A stretch of DNA of 64,000 nt from Patescibacteria group bacterium (GTDB taxonomy: Bacteria; Patescibacteriota; Minisyncoccia; UBA10092), in contig JBDRMC010000004.1 of assembly GCA_043812515.1 (NCBI GenBank), positions 724-64,723 of the forward strand, read 5' to 3'. Below are positions 32,030 through 41,644 of the stretch, in pieces (the first letter of the stretch is position 1; each line of letters opens with the position of its first letter). The notes beneath the pieces were generated by a model. That model saw only the letters and a program-made list of their open reading frames with translations, had not been told where the DNA came from and ran no database searches. Both the position numbers and the translations under genes were made by a program.

Positions 32030-32674
32030 TCAGACGATTATTGTGTTACAGGAAGGGACCCCCCATTTTGGGGCCGAGGTATTGATATTGTCCGCGCCCA
32101 GACGCGGCTCCTTTCCGACAACCCACAGGAAAGGAATCTTTGTCTTTTTGACCCTGGAAGCGATCGCGTCAATGTTAAAACGCGATAATATGTCGGAAAT
32201 ACGACAGAGTCCGATGGCCTCTACGCAACTGAGCCCGCGTCGCCGCGGCTGTTTTGAAAATGCTCGCTCGGCTTGTTGGGGCGCCCACCCCAGCGTTTTG
32301 GCCCCGTCATCAATGCCAAAGATGAAATATGGCTCCCGCGTGGGGGTCTCCACTGTATCAGTGATATCCTTGGGACTGATGAATGTACACCCCGGGATAT
32401 CATTGTTGTGCACCATCAGCATCTGTTCCGGAATACTGAGCTGGGATGCGGGGATGATTGAGGAGAAAAAAATCCGCTTGCTTCCGAGGAAAGTCATTCC
32501 GGCCGCTCTGGTAATGACTTGTGACCGCTTTTTCTCCAGCGCTTTCGTGATAGCCCTGGGACAGTCGCAATGCCTCAGTGTGGATATTTGCGCGCTGAAT
32601 TGTTGGTCAAACCGCCTCTTTGCAATTTCCGGGTCACACGCCGCCACCGCTGACAATACTGCTCCTTGATTCAT
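32030..32674 (-). CDS. hypothetical protein (orphan, G+C-rich, 214 aa)
   Basis: ORF track gives 32030..32680. The second ATG (32674) is preferred because AGGAGG (complement of 32681-32686) lies 6 nt upstream. Own promoter and terminator. No family recognised. Confidence 0.65.
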   Translation of the reverse strand: MNQGAVLSAVAACDPEIAKRRFDQQFSAQISTLRHCDCPRAITKALEKKRSQVITRAAGMTFLGSKRIFFSSIIPASQLSIPEQMLMVHNNDIPGCTFISPKDITDTVETPTREPYFIFGIDDGAKTLGWAPQQAERAFSKQPRRRGLSCVEAIGLCRISDILSRFNIDAIASRVKKTKIPFLWVVGKEPRLGADNINTSAPKWGVPSCNTIIV

Positions 32675-32740
32675 GTGCATCCTCCTTCGTTGTAATGAAA
32701 AGTAAAGTTAAGGAACTCTCCCCCTTCGTTTGTTGATTGT

Positions 32741-32769
32741 ACTATATCAGCTATAGTTGGTATTGTCAA
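32741..32769 (-). promoter_or_regulatory. near-consensus promoter TTGACA-17 nt-TATAGT (minus strand)
   Basis: Complement of TGTCAA 32764-32769 and ACTATA 32741-32746. Confidence 0.65.
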
Positions 32770-32778
32770 TATAGGCGT

Positions 32779-33420
32779 TTATTTTTTGAACACTATAAAT
32801 TTGTAGCCGAAAAAATTACCGAAAAAGGCGGTGATTATGGTGAGCGCCAGCGCTATGTTGGCCCAGATTTTCAAATCCATTCCCGCCGGAGCGCCTATTA
32901 CGTTAACGATTACATGCAAAATTCCTATATTTACTATGGCCACAATTGTTGAAACGAAAAAGAATTGAAAAGCGTCTTTACCAACAGTTTCCGTTCCGGT
33001 TCCGCCGAAAGCCCAATACCGATTCCAGAAAAAACTGTTTGTAACGGTTATGACGAACGCGGCCACGAAAAATAAATCTATAATAAGCCCCGAAGCGATA
33101 TTGGTCGCAAAAATTAAAAAATTATAAATCCCGGCATTGAGAAGCGTATTTAAGACGCCGATAACTCCGTACTTGCCCAGTTGAAAAAATCCAATCCGGT
33201 TTTTAATTTTTGCGAATAGATAAAATAAACCAAGTCCCAAAAACGCGCAAATGGGGACGAAAAAAGCCCAAAAGACGACAAAAAATTTTAATCCAATCCC
33301 CCATCTTGTTAAAATGTCCAAAGCTTGAATGTTTTTTAACGTTGGCAAAGAAAGCCAGGCAACCAATTCGCCGGCCAAAACGGTTAAATAAAAATCTCTT
33401 CTTGAATAAAGTATTTCCAT
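32779..33420 (-). CDS. GtrA-family membrane protein with N-terminal extension
   Basis: KYGVIGVLNTLLNAGIYNFLIF...FFWNRYWAF...FFGYKFIVFKK is the typical GtrA pattern. Confidence 0.75.
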   Translation of the reverse strand: MEILYSRRDFYLTVLAGELVAWLSLPTLKNIQALDILTRWGIGLKFFVVFWAFFVPICAFLGLGLFYLFAKIKNRIGFFQLGKYGVIGVLNTLLNAGIYNFLIFATNIASGLIIDLFFVAAFVITVTNSFFWNRYWAFGGTGTETVGKDAFQFFFVSTIVAIVNIGILHVIVNVIGAPAGMDLKIWANIALALTIITAFFGNFFGYKFIVFKK

Positions 33421-33421
33421 T

Positions 33422-34987
33422 TTAATTTTTAATTTTTATAGTAAATGGCATTGTAGGGATGCCATTAACGAGCATTTTAACATGGGCATGATTATCGTCA
33501 ATGCTGGCCAGGTCCGCTTCATTAAATACCGATTGAAAATGTTTTATCAAAAGCGTCGCGTCTTCGGGATTGGAGCGAAAGGCTACCAGCGTTCCGATAT
33601 TATCAAAAAATACGCCTTGGTTGGCCAAAACAAGGTTAAGATGAAGGCGGTTTTTTGCGGTTTTGGAAAGAATTTCGGCGATAGAATCTACGGTCAAGTT
33701 GTGAAAATCATTAATATAAAGATGAAAATCGCGATTTATTATCCGTTCGCGCTTCCCCAGATGTTCGGATGCCGCCATTAAAAATTTATTTGCCAGAACG
33801 CGTTCCCAGAAAAGTCTATCGGTTTCATCAATAGCATCTTTTGAAAGATCGGCCAAAAAGATTTTCCCTTTTTCAATTATATTACCGGCGCCGATTTCAA
33901 TCGGTTGTTTCGCGCCAGCCGGCCTGAATAAAATAATATCATTGCGCCGCGAACGCGGCGCAAACTTTATTATAGTTTCAATCAAATTACCGGCCGAGTC
34001 GATAACGCCGACTCCGGCGCCGCTGTTAATATCTTGTTTTATAAGATTCAGCAAAAATTGTTTTTTGCCGGCAACGGACTGACCCGTAACATAAATATGG
34101 CGCCGCCGGTCAAGCGAACTTAGTTTTATTGCCGTTTCTTGCCCTCTAAAATGATTTTCCCCTAAAGTAATTCCGGCGACCGGTGAAACCGACGGCGGCG
34201 GCGCCGATTTGGCTTTCAAAAATCTTGCTTTTACAGTTTCAATTTTTATAATCGGCCAGTGGAACACGCCGGTTAATTCTTCAGCCGAAAGCCAGGTAGT
34301 TTCTTTTTTGTTGAATAATCTGAAAGAAAAATTATGAATTAATTTTTTGAGACCGTCGTCTTGCGGCCTGAAACTATAAAAAGCGTCAAAACCGGGAAGT
34401 TCAAATTGGGTAAACGCATCTTCTATATCAGATAATGTTTTATCCGCTTTTTCTTTTGTCTCGGCGGACGATATAATTCTTATGTTAGTTTCAAATAAAT
34501 TTTTTTCGCATGGTTTTATTAAAATTTGGAAAGCGGCGCCCTCTCCGTTCTCTTCCAGCGAAGAAATGGCGCTAGTGATAAGCCCCAAAGCGCTAGTCTT
34601 AAGTTTTTTGTAAGTTTGAAGCGCCGCTCCGCCATTATTTTTTAATTTCAATACCGCGCCGCTTACCGCGCCCCGATTGTTAATAACATTAAAATTATTA
34701 ACAGCCTCAACCTCGGCTTCGGGAAAAAATCCTGAAATTTGTTTTTCCACGGCGCTGCGAAATTTTTTGGGGACAGCAATGAAAAATCCTATTCCCGTTT
34801 CTTTTTCCGGCACCGCAACTTCAAAAACCAAATAGGGTTTAATGCCGATAAGAGAACTATAGAAGTGCTCCATTACCGCGAGCTTTTCTTCATCGGCGGC
34901 GGCTGGTTCTAAAATTCTTGGAAAACGGATTTCTAATAAAATAAAATTGCTGAATAAAAACATATGTGTATAGAGGTATTCTAACAT
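33422..34987 (-). CDS. VirD4/TraD/HerA-like P-loop NTPase homologue with degenerate Walker motifs
   Basis: RRRHIYVTGQSVAGKKQF where GxxGSGK[ST] is expected, and FHLYINDFHNL where hhhhDE is expected. The N-terminal LLEIRFPR... domain matches patescibacterial T4CP-like proteins (from memory). Confidence 0.5.
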   Translation of the reverse strand: MLEYLYTHMFLFSNFILLEIRFPRILEPAAADEEKLAVMEHFYSSLIGIKPYLVFEVAVPEKETGIGFFIAVPKKFRSAVEKQISGFFPEAEVEAVNNFNVINNRGAVSGAVLKLKNNGGAALQTYKKLKTSALGLITSAISSLEENGEGAAFQILIKPCEKNLFETNIRIISSAETKEKADKTLSDIEDAFTQFELPGFDAFYSFRPQDDGLKKLIHNFSFRLFNKKETTWLSAEELTGVFHWPIIKIETVKARFLKAKSAPPPSVSPVAGITLGENHFRGQETAIKLSSLDRRRHIYVTGQSVAGKKQFLLNLIKQDINSGAGVGVIDSAGNLIETIIKFAPRSRRNDIILFRPAGAKQPIEIGAGNIIEKGKIFLADLSKDAIDETDRLFWERVLANKFLMAASEHLGKRERIINRDFHLYINDFHNLTVDSIAEILSKTAKNRLHLNLVLANQGVFFDNIGTLVAFRSNPEDATLLIKHFQSVFNEADLASIDDNHAHVKMLVNGIPTMPFTIKIKN

Positions 34988-35013
34988 AAATGGATTTCTG
35001 GTAAAATAAAGTT

Positions 35014-36510
35014 ATGTCGGGCAAATACAAAATAGCGGTTCTGGTTTTTATTATCGTTCTGGCGGTTTTTTTCAGGTTTTGGCAATTCACTTCAATTCCA
35101 GTCGGTTTATACCAGGATGAGGCAATGAATGGCGCTGATGCCCTTTCATCCCTTAAAACAGGCGGATTGAAGGCTTTTTACCCTAATAATAACGGCCGGG
35201 AAGGACTCATAGTCTGGCTTGACGCTCTAGCAATTGAAGCCTTTGGTACAGAGCCATGGGTTTTGAGATTGTTCCCCGCCATTGCCGGGGTTCTGGCTGT
35301 TTTGGGGTTGTATTTTCTTGCCAAAGAATTATTCAGTATTAAAGTCGCTTTGATTTCCAGTTTGTTTATGGCAACCAGTTTTTGGGCTGTTAATTTCAGC
35401 CGGATGGGATTCCGCGCCGCTTTGATGGTGCCGATTTTAATCTGGTCTTTCTATTTTTTACTAAAGGGGTTTCGGTTGCAAAAATATATTTATTTTATTA
35501 TCGCGGGGGTTTTATTTGGTCTGGGATTTTATACTTATATTTCATTCAGGTTCGCGCCGGTATTGGCGCTTTTGGCGTTCGCGCCATTTCTTTTTAATAA
35601 AAATAAAAAACTCTGGCTTGGAATATTGGCATTTATTGGAATCACATTTTTAGTCGCCATGCCGATAGGGATATATTTTTTGAATAATTCGGCCGATTTT
35701 TTCGGGCGAAGTTCTTCCGTGTCAGTTTTTTCCCAAGATTCTCCGTTTATAGCGGTAACGATTAGCGCTATAAAAACTTTGGGCATGTTTAATATCGCCG
35801 GAGATTTCAACTGGCGGCATAATTACGCCGGTTCGCCGGAATTGTTTTTTCCGGTTGGAATTCTATTTATCTTAGGGGTTTATTTTAGCGTTAAGCGGCG
35901 TTCTTTCGAAGATAAATTTACGCTTTTGTGGCTTGTTATTTTTTTATTGCCGAATATTTTGACTATCGAAGGAAATCCGCACGCCTTAAGAGCTATAGGC
36001 GCGATACCCGCGGCAATGATGCTTTCCGGCATTGGTTTAGTTTGGGTTTATGACAGGTTAAAAAAATATTTTAATGAAAGACAAATCCTGCCCGTTATTA
36101 TTTTGGTTTTGGTTTTTATTGTTGTGTGCGATTTCAACAGGTATTTTAATCAATGGGCGTCTAACATTAATGTCGCTCGGGCGTTTTCCAGCGAGCAAAT
36201 TGAAATTTCAAAATACTTGAATAGTCTATCGCCGCAGACAGAAAAATATGTTCTGTGGCACCCCAACGATAGGGCGACGGATAATGGATTGCCGGTATCG
36301 GCCCAGACCGTTTATTTTTTGACTTCTCAAAAAACTAAAATAACTTATTTGCGCGCCGATGAAATTGATAAAATTAAATTAGAAGGAAATGACACTGTTA
36401 TCGCCCCGATTTATTATGACATAGAGCTACTTCATAAATTGAATAAACAATTTCCGCAAAGCAGGATTAATTTTATTGATATAAACACCGCGGTTTTAGA
36501 AATTAAATAA
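35014..36510 (+). CDS. GT-C fold glycosyltransferase (ArnT/PMT, GT39/83-like)
   Basis: 498 aa, polytopic. N-terminal loop GLYQDEAMNGADA (DE motif) is typical of the family. Confidence 0.75.
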   Translation: MSGKYKIAVLVFIIVLAVFFRFWQFTSIPVGLYQDEAMNGADALSSLKTGGLKAFYPNNNGREGLIVWLDALAIEAFGTEPWVLRLFPAIAGVLAVLGLYFLAKELFSIKVALISSLFMATSFWAVNFSRMGFRAALMVPILIWSFYFLLKGFRLQKYIYFIIAGVLFGLGFYTYISFRFAPVLALLAFAPFLFNKNKKLWLGILAFIGITFLVAMPIGIYFLNNSADFFGRSSSVSVFSQDSPFIAVTISAIKTLGMFNIAGDFNWRHNYAGSPELFFPVGILFILGVYFSVKRRSFEDKFTLLWLVIFLLPNILTIEGNPHALRAIGAIPAAMMLSGIGLVWVYDRLKKYFNERQILPVIILVLVFIVVCDFNRYFNQWASNINVARAFSSEQIEISKYLNSLSPQTEKYVLWHPNDRATDNGLPVSAQTVYFLTSQKTKITYLRADEIDKIKLEGNDTVIAPIYYDIELLHKLNKQFPQSRINFIDINTAVLEIK

Positions 36511-36512
36511 AC

Positions 36513-38327
36513 ATGAAAAGAATAAACATTTTGGCGGTTGCCCTTTTAGGGCTTTTCGGCGCGCTTGCTGTAACCAGTATGTGGAACGATAACGCCAATT
36601 ACGACGAAAGAATTCATCTTCCGGCGGGCTATTCTTATGTAACCCAGCAAGATATGCGGCTTAATCCGGAACACCCGCCATTGGTGAAAGATTTGTCCGG
36701 TTTGCCGCTTTTGCTGATGAAAATAAATTTTCCCTATCAAAGCTGGGGCTGGAACACATCTTTAACTGTTGACTCATCAAGAACTCCGGCTTGGCAAACT
36801 GATGTAGGTTTTGGCAACGATTTGCTTTATTATTCCGGCAATGATGCTCAAAACATGATGAGATACGGAAGAATTCCGATAATTTTAATCGGGATTCTTC
36901 TCGGATTTTATGTTTTTAAATTTGCCAGGGAACAATGGGGCGATTTAACGGGTATTATCGCTCTGGCTTTCTATTCCTTCTCCCCCACTTTTTTGGCGCA
37001 TACCCGGCTGGTGACGACCGATGTTGCCGCCGCCGCCGCTTTTTTCATAAGTTTTTATTATTTATATAAATGGCTTAAAACACCGACTCAACGCAATGTA
37101 TTGATTTTTGGAATTGTTTTAGGGATTAGTTTTTTGACAAAATTTTCAACATTTTTACTGATTCCAATTTTTGGTTTTATTATTTTGCTTTGGATTTTAT
37201 TAAATGGGCAATGGAAAAAATATATTGGCGGTTTTATTTTAATTTTAATAGTTGCTCTTTTAGTTATCGGAGCGGTTTACGCTTATCATATTTGGAATTA
37301 TCCCATTGAAAAACAAACAACCGACACTGCTTTTATTTTATCTACATTCGGTTTTAAACCGCTGGCTGATTTAAGCGTTTGGATTTCATCACAGCCATAT
37401 TTAAGGGCCTGGGGAGAGTATTTTTTGGGTTTTCTGATGGTTCTTCAACGTTCCGGCGGAGGCAATACCACTTATTATCTTGGCGAGGTGTCGGCCGAGG
37501 GTTCAAGAACTTATTTTCCGGTGATGTATCTGTTTAAAGAGCCCTTGGCTTATATTTTGTTAACGTTTTTTGCCTTATTTTTGGCTTTGAAAAAGTTTAT
37601 TGATTATAGAATATCAAACGGTAAATCGTTCCGCTATGATTTTTCCGGTTTATTGAAAAACAATTTTGTTGAATTCGGGATGTTGACGGTTATTGCTGTT
37701 TATTGGGCTTTTTCCATTAAGTCCAATTTGAACATTGGTGTTCGCCATATTTTGCCCACTTTACCCTTTATTTATGCTCTAACGGCCCGCCAAATAAGCC
37801 TTTGGATACAAGGCGGTATTACGGAGCGAATATCAAATTATCAGGGATTTTGGCAACTTTTAGGCCTCAAGTGGAGCCGCATTAAAAAGGGATTTATTGT
37901 TGCTATTTTGTTTATCTGGGCGGCGGTTTCCGTTGTTTCCGTCTGGCCGTCGTTTTTGGCATATTTCAATGAAATCGCCGGCGGTCCCGATGGCGGTTAT
38001 AAATTCGCGGTTGATTCCAATCTTGATTGGGGGCAGGATATTTTACGGCTTTCGCAGTTTATAGAAAAAAATAATATTAAAGAAATAAAACTGGATTATT
38101 TCTCCGGCGCTCCGGCGGAATATTATATAACAACTGCCAGGATTATTCCCTTTAACCGCGAAATGCCACAAAAGGGATGGCTGGCGGTTTCGGCGTCTGT
38201 ACTTCAAGGCGCTTGCAAAGGCGATAAAATTCCCTGCTCATACGACGAACGCTCGTACACTTGGCTCGACCAATACAAACCCGTCGCCAAAATTGGCTTC
38301 TCAATTTTTGTCTATAAGATTGATTGA
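36513..38327 (+). CDS. GT-C fold glycosyltransferase (PMT_2/ArnT-like), second copy
   Basis: 604 aa, polytopic. YDERIHLPAGYSY...NPEHPPLVKDLSGLPL is the family-typical first loop. Confidence 0.75.
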   Translation: MKRINILAVALLGLFGALAVTSMWNDNANYDERIHLPAGYSYVTQQDMRLNPEHPPLVKDLSGLPLLLMKINFPYQSWGWNTSLTVDSSRTPAWQTDVGFGNDLLYYSGNDAQNMMRYGRIPIILIGILLGFYVFKFAREQWGDLTGIIALAFYSFSPTFLAHTRLVTTDVAAAAAFFISFYYLYKWLKTPTQRNVLIFGIVLGISFLTKFSTFLLIPIFGFIILLWILLNGQWKKYIGGFILILIVALLVIGAVYAYHIWNYPIEKQTTDTAFILSTFGFKPLADLSVWISSQPYLRAWGEYFLGFLMVLQRSGGGNTTYYLGEVSAEGSRTYFPVMYLFKEPLAYILLTFFALFLALKKFIDYRISNGKSFRYDFSGLLKNNFVEFGMLTVIAVYWAFSIKSNLNIGVRHILPTLPFIYALTARQISLWIQGGITERISNYQGFWQLLGLKWSRIKKGFIVAILFIWAAVSVVSVWPSFLAYFNEIAGGPDGGYKFAVDSNLDWGQDILRLSQFIEKNNIKEIKLDYFSGAPAEYYITTARIIPFNREMPQKGWLAVSASVLQGACKGDKIPCSYDERSYTWLDQYKPVAKIGFSIFVYKID

Positions 38328-38330
38328 AAA

Positions 38331-39122
38331 CTATTTCAATTTGTAGAAAATTCGGGTGGGGATGCGGAGGTCTATATATTCCAGGCTGGAGATTTTATTT
38401 TTTATTACTTCGTTTAAAATTGTGAATAAATTACTCGCTGCTGAAGCGGGATTTTGATTTTGATCTAAATAAATCAACCAGCCAAGAGCGGTTACCGCCA
38501 TTAAATCGAAATCAGCGGAAGGCCCAATTTTAAATTCCGTAATTTTTAATTGGCTGTTTTCTAGAAGTTTATTATTGAAATCCATTATAAACTTTAGTTG
38601 TTCGGTATTTATCGCTTTGTCGCCCAAAGAGATTTCTTTGTTTCCGGAATCCTCTATTTTTAATATGAGCCCGCCTTCGGTCAACGGAGCTTCTTTGAAA
38701 ATAATCCCCTCTTTGTCAAAATAGAAGCAATTATTTTTACCACACCAAATACCAACAGGAATTCTTTTTTCAAAACTGACAGTTAAACCGTTAAACAGTT
38801 CTTTTTCCACATTAATGCCGGTTATTGCGGGAAAAGCGGCAGTTAAAGTGGCCTTAACATTGTTTTTTGAAAGAATGAATAGATTTTCTCCCAAGTTTAA
38901 AGGAGCGCTATCCGTCATTATTTTGCGTATGTCGTTAGCGGTAACAATATTATTTTCCGGCAGTTTTATTTTCGTGATTTTGAAAAACGGAGACACAAAA
39001 AAAGACCAAGCGATAAAAATAAAACCGGTAACAAAAACAGACCAAAGAAGAATTATCTTTCTTTTTTCCGCCCGTTCTTTTGAAGAATGGGATTTAAAAC
39101 GATAGTAACGGCTTGAGGGCAT
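38331..39122 (-). CDS. ftsQ: cell division protein FtsQ/DivIB-like (POTRA)
   Basis: Basic N-terminus, one TM helix, then POTRA-like FKITKIKLPENNIVTANDIRKIM...VSFEKRIPVGIW. Confidence 0.7.
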   Translation of the reverse strand: MPSSRYYRFKSHSSKERAEKRKIILLWSVFVTGFIFIAWSFFVSPFFKITKIKLPENNIVTANDIRKIMTDSAPLNLGENLFILSKNNVKATLTAAFPAITGINVEKELFNGLTVSFEKRIPVGIWCGKNNCFYFDKEGIIFKEAPLTEGGLILKIEDSGNKEISLGDKAINTEQLKFIMDFNNKLLENSQLKITEFKIGPSADFDLMAVTALGWLIYLDQNQNPASAASNLFTILNEVIKNKISSLEYIDLRIPTRIFYKLK

Positions 39123-39123
39123 G

Positions 39124-40260
39124 CTACATGTATTTTTCCAGAACCTTTGGAATTTTTATTGTTCCGTCTTCTTGCTGATAATTTTCCATTATGGCTATTA
39201 TAATCCGTCCGATTGCCAACGCAGTTCCATTTAATGTATGGACATATTCATTTTTTCCGGTTGTTTCTTTTTTATATTTTATATTCAGACGGCGAGATTG
39301 GAAATTGGTGTCATTAGAAGTCGAATGAGTTTCGCGATATGTTCCCTGCCCTGAGCCTGTCAAACTGGGTTGTCCGGGAAGCCAAGCTTCTATATCATAT
39401 TTATTGGCGGCCTGCACTCCCAAATCGCCCGTGCAAATTTGAAGAACTCTATAAGGAATGTCCAGCGCTTTCATTAATTTTTCTTCCATGGAAAGCAAAA
39501 ATTCGTGTTCTTTTTTTGAATCCTCCGGCCGCGCGAAGCTAAACATTTCAATTTTATCAAATTGGTGGACTCTTAAAATTCCTTTAGTGTCTTTACCATA
39601 TGAGCCCGCTTCTCTTCTGAAACAGGAAGAAAATCCCGCGTAACGAAGCGGTAATTCTTTTTCAGCAAAAGTTTCATTCATATGCATAGCGCCTATCGCC
39701 TGTTCCGAAGTTCCTATCAGATACAGGTCGTCTTTTTCAAGATGGTAAACTTCGTCTTCGTTATAATCCAAATAGCCCATGCCCCGCATGGCTTCCGGCT
39801 TGAGAAAAACCGGCGGCACAATAGGTATAAAGTTTTCTTTTTTCAAAATATCAAATGCGAATCGAATTAAAGCAAACTCCAATAAAACGGCGTCTCTCAA
39901 TAAATAACCAAAACGCGAACCCACTGCTTTGCCGGCTCGTTTTACATCAATCCAGTTCAAGTTTTCATTAAGCTCCAAGTAATCTTTCGGGGTAAAACTA
40001 AATTTTGGTTTTTCCCCCACCTCACGCAAAACAATATTTTCGGTTTCGTCTTTCCCGACCGGGACTTCCGGCAAAGGTTGATTCCGCAATTTTCTGTTAA
40101 GCTCATCAATTGCTTTTGACTGTTTCGCTATCTCTTTTTTAATCTCTGCGAGTTTTATTTTTATTGTTTTTCCTTTTTGAATATCTCTCTCATCAGCGGC
40201 TTTCTTACGTTCCGCATTTAACTCTTCCTCTTGTTTTTTTAAATGTTTTATATCAAGCAT
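39124..40260 (-). CDS. serS: seryl-tRNA synthetase (short N-terminal arm)
   Basis: GFSSCFRREAGSYGKDTKGILRVHQF (motif 2), TSEQAIGAMH, GTALAIGR (motif 3). 378 aa. Confidence 0.9.
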   Translation of the reverse strand: MLDIKHLKKQEEELNAERKKAADERDIQKGKTIKIKLAEIKKEIAKQSKAIDELNRKLRNQPLPEVPVGKDETENIVLREVGEKPKFSFTPKDYLELNENLNWIDVKRAGKAVGSRFGYLLRDAVLLEFALIRFAFDILKKENFIPIVPPVFLKPEAMRGMGYLDYNEDEVYHLEKDDLYLIGTSEQAIGAMHMNETFAEKELPLRYAGFSSCFRREAGSYGKDTKGILRVHQFDKIEMFSFARPEDSKKEHEFLLSMEEKLMKALDIPYRVLQICTGDLGVQAANKYDIEAWLPGQPSLTGSGQGTYRETHSTSNDTNFQSRRLNIKYKKETTGKNEYVHTLNGTALAIGRIIIAIMENYQQEDGTIKIPKVLEKYM

Positions 40261-40264
40261 ATGT

Positions 40265-41629
40265 TTATTCTTTGGGTTTCATTGTCGGGAAAAAAATAAT
40301 TTCTCTCAAGGCGTGGGAGTTTGTCAGTAGTGCCGCCAGCCTGTCGATACCCAAGCCGAAACCGGCGCAAGGTGGCATGCCATATTCCAGCGCTTCCAAA
40401 AAATCCTCATCAAGCCGCTGAGCTTCTTCGTCGCCCTTTTCTCTCAAGCGTTCCTGTTCTTCGAATCTTCTCCGTTGTTCCAGTGGGTCATTCAATTCGG
40501 TAAATGCCTTGACTAATTCCAAACCGCCAATGAATATTTGAAAAGCGTCGGCCGTTTCAGAATCGTTTTCCAGTGTTTTTGATAACGGCAAAAGTTCTTT
40601 GGGGAAACCAATAACAAAAGTCGGCTGAATCAATGTCTTTTTGGCGGTATCCATATCGCCGAATTCTTTAATTAAGTCGTCGTAAGTTTTTTCCGCAAAG
40701 GGTTTAGAAAAATCAATTAGATTCTTTTCGTAAGTTATTATCAAACTTCCGGAATTTAAGTCTTTAATAAGTATTCTCAAAACATTTTGCAAAAAAGTTT
40801 TTAAATAAACAGAGTCTTTGTAAGCGACGTACGCTTCTAACATTGTGAATTCAGGATTATGATGCGCGTCCATTCCTTCATTTCTGAAATTTCTTCCAAT
40901 TTCATATATTTTTTCAAATCCGCCTATGAGAAGTTGTTTTAAGTATAATTCCGGGGCGATTCTTAAATATAAATCTAAATCAAGAGCATTTAACCGTGTT
41001 TTGAATGGTCGAGCCGTGGCGCCGCCCGGCGCTAATTGTAAAACCGGAGTTTCTACCTCAACAAATCCAAAGCAATCAAAAATTTTTCTCAATTTTTTAA
41101 CTATTTCCGAACGGACTAAAAAATTTCTCTTCACGTCCCTGTTCATTAAAAGGTCCAAATATCTTTTGCGATACCTTTCTTCAACGTCTTTGAGGCCGTG
41201 CCATTTTTCCGGAAGCGGTCGAAGAGCCTTGGCAATCATTCTCATTTCTCTAACACGAACTGTTTTTTCTCCTCGTCTGGCCTTGAAAACAATGCCTCCG
41301 ATTTCTACAAAATCACCGATATCAAAATCGGATAAGAATTCTTTGTAAGATTTTTCATTCTCCAAATCTCTCGGATTTAGAAAACACTGAATTTTTCCGC
41401 TTTCGTCTTCTAAATCAAAAAACGCCGCTTGGCCGTGAATCCTTATGGATTTTATTCTTCCGGCCAGATAAAATTCTTTTCTTATTAATTTCCATAACCA
41501 GTAATTACTTAAAATCGTTCGGACATCGCAATCGCGCTTTATGCTGTTCGGGAAAGGATTTTGAGCGCCGCTTTTTAGGGCTTCTAATTTTTGAATTCTA
41601 ATTTTGCGAAGTTCCTCAATTGTCGGCAT
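40265..41629 (-). CDS. lysS: lysyl-tRNA synthetase, class II
   Basis: OB-fold N-terminus, YEIGRNFRNEGMDAHHNPEFTMLE (motif 2), GFGLGIDRL (motif 3). Confidence 0.9.
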   Translation of the reverse strand: MPTIEELRKIRIQKLEALKSGAQNPFPNSIKRDCDVRTILSNYWLWKLIRKEFYLAGRIKSIRIHGQAAFFDLEDESGKIQCFLNPRDLENEKSYKEFLSDFDIGDFVEIGGIVFKARRGEKTVRVREMRMIAKALRPLPEKWHGLKDVEERYRKRYLDLLMNRDVKRNFLVRSEIVKKLRKIFDCFGFVEVETPVLQLAPGGATARPFKTRLNALDLDLYLRIAPELYLKQLLIGGFEKIYEIGRNFRNEGMDAHHNPEFTMLEAYVAYKDSVYLKTFLQNVLRILIKDLNSGSLIITYEKNLIDFSKPFAEKTYDDLIKEFGDMDTAKKTLIQPTFVIGFPKELLPLSKTLENDSETADAFQIFIGGLELVKAFTELNDPLEQRRRFEEQERLREKGDEEAQRLDEDFLEALEYGMPPCAGFGLGIDRLAALLTNSHALREIIFFPTMKPKE

Positions 41630-41644
41630 GAAAATTTTGACTCT

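Noticed and set aside
32043-32669. 208-aa + strand ORF (GTG start) opposite the GC-rich orphan.
   Set aside because: This is a shadow ORF typical of GC-rich DNA. It has no promoter or SD, whereas the minus-strand frame has a consensus promoter, AGGAGG and ATG.
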